Assembly: GCA_910589375.1 (NCBI GenBank)
Contig: CAJUTK010000002.1
Coordinates: forward strand, 437,651 to 501,650
Reading direction: 5' to 3'
Length of the DNA: 64,000 nucleotides
Source: an uncultured Bacilli bacterium
GTDB taxonomy: Bacteria > Bacillota_I > Bacilli_A > RF39 > UBA660
How positions within the stretch are numbered: the stretch's first letter is position 1; each line of letters opens with the position of its first letter. Below are positions 61,742 through 64,000 of the stretch, one piece after another. Below the pieces are notes generated by a model that saw nothing but the letters and a program-made list of their open reading frames with translations, was not told the origin of the DNA and made no database searches. The translations under genes were made by a program, and so were the position numbers.

Positions 61742-63109
61742 ATGGAAAAGAAAAAAAAGGTTAAATTAAAAATTAAAAAGCAAGTTGTTTTCAACTTAAT
61801 TAGTATTGTATTTGTACTAACAGTAGGATTCTACTTTTTAGGCAGACTTATCTATTACAAAATAGATAGTCAAAAAGAATTTGTCTTTTCTAAGCAATTA
61901 GCACAAAGACTAATTGAAGAGGAAGAACAAAATATTTATGAATCAGAAAATAGTCTAGTTCATGTAAATGGTATCTATCGTTATGTTGGAGATGCTAAAT
62001 ACAATTATGTAGAATATAAAGGTCTATTATGGAGAGTTGTTAAAATTAATGCTGATAATTCTGTTACTTTAATAACACAAGATAATGTAATCTCTCTAGC
62101 ACATGGAGATTCTATTGAGCATCATATTTTAACTTGGTTAAATGATAAAGAACAACCTAATACAGGAATATTTCAAGCTAGCTTAGAAGAACAAAAAGAA
62201 AATCTTAAAACTACTAAAATCTGTACAGATAGTTTTAACGAGTTAGAGATAGCAAGTTGTTTCGAAACAAATGAAAACTATAAAATTGGCTTATTAAGTG
62301 TCTATGATTATTTAGAAGCAAACGCCAATGAAAGCTATTTAAACAATGAATCCATCTTTTGGACATCTAATAAATTTGATGCTGACAATTCTTGGTATGT
62401 AGCAGAAGATGGAAGAATCAGCTATGATGATTCTAAAAGTAAATTAGGAATTAGACCAGTTATTACACTTGATGGGGATACTCCTATTTATAGTGGAAAT
62501 GGTACGGCAGATAATCCTTATTCTTTAAATGAAAAAGATCCAGAAACATTAGAGGAAGTCTATATTGGAAAATACTTATTATACAATGATACCTTATGGA
62601 AAGTAGTTTCTAAAGAAAAAGATAAAATTAAAATTGTTAGTGAAGAATGTTTAAAAGGAAATGATGGAAACTGTATTGCTAGAAAATATAGTGATTATTC
62701 AAATAAAATTGATGTAAACGGAAATGAGTTAATGGCTTATTTAAATAATGATTATTATAATTCTCTAAAAGAGAAAGATTTCTTAACTCATGGTAAATTT
62801 TATACAGGAACATATTCTTTAACGGAGAATAACTATCGTTCTTCTTTAGAAGAAAGCGAAGACTTAAAGGTAGGCTTTTTATCAGTTGGAGAAATTTTTG
62901 CATATGAAGTGGAAAATACTTTTTTAATGACTACTAGTCCTAATAATGATTTAAGTATTTATAGTGTTAATAATTCTCATAGCCTCTATCAAAATACAGT
63001 AATAGAAGAATTGAATATTAGGCCTTCTCTATATTTAAAAGCTTCTATAAAAATCCAAGGCGGAGATGGTTCTTACCTATCTCCTTACCAATTAGGAGGT
63101 AATAAATAA
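61742..63109 (+). CDS. secreted or membrane-anchored hypothetical protein with two related modules
   Basis: N-terminal Lys-rich head plus TM helix. Two modules end in LGIRPVITL and LNIRPSLYL. The GGGAGA RBS favours ATG 61742. Confidence 0.6.
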   Translation: MEKKKKVKLKIKKQVVFNLISIVFVLTVGFYFLGRLIYYKIDSQKEFVFSKQLAQRLIEEEEQNIYESENSLVHVNGIYRYVGDAKYNYVEYKGLLWRVVKINADNSVTLITQDNVISLAHGDSIEHHILTWLNDKEQPNTGIFQASLEEQKENLKTTKICTDSFNELEIASCFETNENYKIGLLSVYDYLEANANESYLNNESIFWTSNKFDADNSWYVAEDGRISYDDSKSKLGIRPVITLDGDTPIYSGNGTADNPYSLNEKDPETLEEVYIGKYLLYNDTLWKVVSKEKDKIKIVSEECLKGNDGNCIARKYSDYSNKIDVNGNELMAYLNNDYYNSLKEKDFLTHGKFYTGTYSLTENNYRSSLEESEDLKVGFLSVGEIFAYEVENTFLMTTSPNNDLSIYSVNNSHSLYQNTVIEELNIRPSLYLKASIKIQGGDGSYLSPYQLGGNK

Positions 63110-64000
63110 TGAAAGAAAAGAAAAAAAAGAAAAAGAAATTGTCAAAATTAACAATTGTTTGTGCTATTTTTGATGTTCTTGTTCTAGTCTTCTTATTTGT
63201 TGTATATGGACCGTTTGATAAATTTAAAAACTGGTGGATTACGACTGCTTTAGCAACTGGTAATCACAAATATTTCGCAAATGTTTTATATTCTAAAAGT
63301 GATATTCAAAATACTCTTCAAAGAAATAAAATATTAGAATCTGATCAAAATACGAAAGTAGAAGATATTATATTTGATAATTCTAAAAAAGATACTTATG
63401 AATCTATTTATGAAGAACAAATTTTAAAAAGAGACGCTGGAAATGATGTCTATAAAGTTGTTGAAATTGATGAAAAAGATTATAATGGCTTTTTAGTAGT
63501 AGTTTATGATCCTTCTAGAATCTCCCTTGTTACTTCTTCTAAAATAAACTACGGAGGCCAGGGGTTAGTTGATATGGCTAAAGAACACGAAGCAATAGTG
63601 GCCATTAATGCAAGTGGTTTTGCAAGAAGAAATGGTGCTTTAATTCCAACAGGAACTGTTATTAAAAATGGAAAGATAGCCTCTGTTGGAGGAAGAAATT
63701 ATCATGGTGGAGGCCTTATTGGTTTTACCAAAAATAATGTATTAATGCTTACAACAGACAGTGCAAGTTCTGCTATTAAACATGGAATGAACGACGCTAT
63801 GACATTTGGCCCTTTTCTTATTGTAAATGGGGAATCTGCTAAAGTAAAAGGAAATGGCGGTTGGGGTGTCGCTAATCGTACTGCTATTGCTCAAAGAAAA
63901 GATGGTATTGTTCTTTTCTTAGTAATTGATGGTAGAGGAGCAAATGGTAGTGACGGTATCTCTATTGCAGATATGATTACACTTCTTGAAAAATATGGTG
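63109..64000 (+). CDS. phosphodiester glycosidase-family (DUF2233/NAGPA-like) protein, 3'-truncated by the window end
   Basis: My own translation: MKEKKKKKKKLSKLTIVCAIF... (TM helix), then AINASGF, GFTKNNVLML and NRTAIAQRKDGIVLFLVIDGR blocks. TAATG overlap with the upstream stop. Confidence 0.7.
   Translation, partial: MKEKKKKKKKLSKLTIVCAIFDVLVLVFLFVVYGPFDKFKNWWITTALATGNHKYFANVLYSKSDIQNTLQRNKILESDQNTKVEDIIFDNSKKDTYESIYEEQILKRDAGNDVYKVVEIDEKDYNGFLVVVYDPSRISLVTSSKINYGGQGLVDMAKEHEAIVAINASGFARRNGALIPTGTVIKNGKIASVGGRNYHGGGLIGFTKNNVLMLTTDSASSAIKHGMNDAMTFGPFLIVNGESAKVKGNGGWGVANRTAIAQRKDGIVLFLVIDGRGANGSDGISIADMITLLEKYG

Noticed and set aside
63112-63141. Poly-A/G tract (aaagaaaagaaaaaaaagaaaaagaaa) at the 5' end of the glycosidase gene as a slipped-strand phase-variation switch
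   Set aside because: The longest homopolymer is only 8 A, and the tract simply encodes a Lys-rich cytoplasmic head. The same pattern is seen at 61745-61775 and in other membrane-anchored proteins here. There is no evidence of length variation from a single sequence.
1-64000. Search for tRNA, rRNA, tmRNA, riboswitch/T-box leaders, transposases and prophage genes
   Set aside because: No cloverleaf-compatible GC-rich segments, rRNA-like conserved blocks, long structured 5' leaders or IS/phage-type ORFs were seen by eye. A covariance-model scan (tRNAscan-SE, Infernal/Rfam) would be needed to exclude small RNAs formally.

Overview
The window is AT-rich, densely coded DNA from a low-GC Firmicute. 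Sporulation markers (ylmC/ymxH-like, spoIIM-like, spoIVB, CotH) point to an endospore former, possibly Erysipelotrichia or Clostridia; that placement is a guess. All assignments come from motif reading of the supplied translations, with no database search. I found no rRNA, tRNA, CRISPR array, transposase or phage integrase.

Layout:
- 1-13.9 kb: housekeeping genes. RluA-type pseudouridine synthase, lipoprotein, YlmC/YmxH, a GT4-ApbE fusion, smc, holA, a UMPH-1-like nucleotidase overlapping an HD phosphohydrolase, rarA, xerD and PMM/PGM.
- 14-17.3 kb: an acyl-AMP ligase followed by a HAD-PlsC fusion.
- 17.4-23.8 kb: hybrid sensor kinase with HPt domain, a receiver-only response regulator, an orphan protein, and a large zinc-ribbon/TSP3/vWA surface protein.
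- 24-39.1 kb: a roughly 15-kb Wzx/Wzy-type exopolysaccharide locus. It runs from the priming transferase through split Alg14/Alg13, two GT2 enzymes, EpsG-type polymerase, pyruvyl transferase, flippase, epimerase-like protein, acetyltransferase, FeS F420H2-dehydrogenase-like protein, LCP and galE to CpsC/CpsD/CpsB at the distal end.
- 39.2-42.1 kb: VanY-type carboxypeptidase, zupT, AlkD-like protein, TSCPD protein and a membrane protein.
- 42.1-46.9 kb: a 585-bp non-coding AT-rich gap holding a structured three-copy repeat, then a minus-strand cassette. The cassette encodes a nuclease-motif-bearing helicase IV-like protein, an XRE-HTH protein and a membrane Tim44-like/zinc-ribbon protein. This is my best candidate for an uncharacterised accessory or defence-like module.
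- 47-53.4 kb: minus-strand housekeeping and sporulation genes (lipoprotein, SPFH, mnmA, spoIIM-like, mscL, zinc-ribbon protein, ADP-ribosylglycohydrolase, spoIVB).
- 53.5-57.3 kb: an enlarged class B sortase next to a thioester (TIE) adhesin.
- 57.3-61.5 kb: a CotH-VTC-DUF4956 operon.
- 61.7-64 kb: a divergent secreted protein and a phosphodiester glycosidase, truncated by the window end.

Many promoters are of the extended -10 type (TGnTATAAT). Most operons end in clear hairpin plus T-run terminators.
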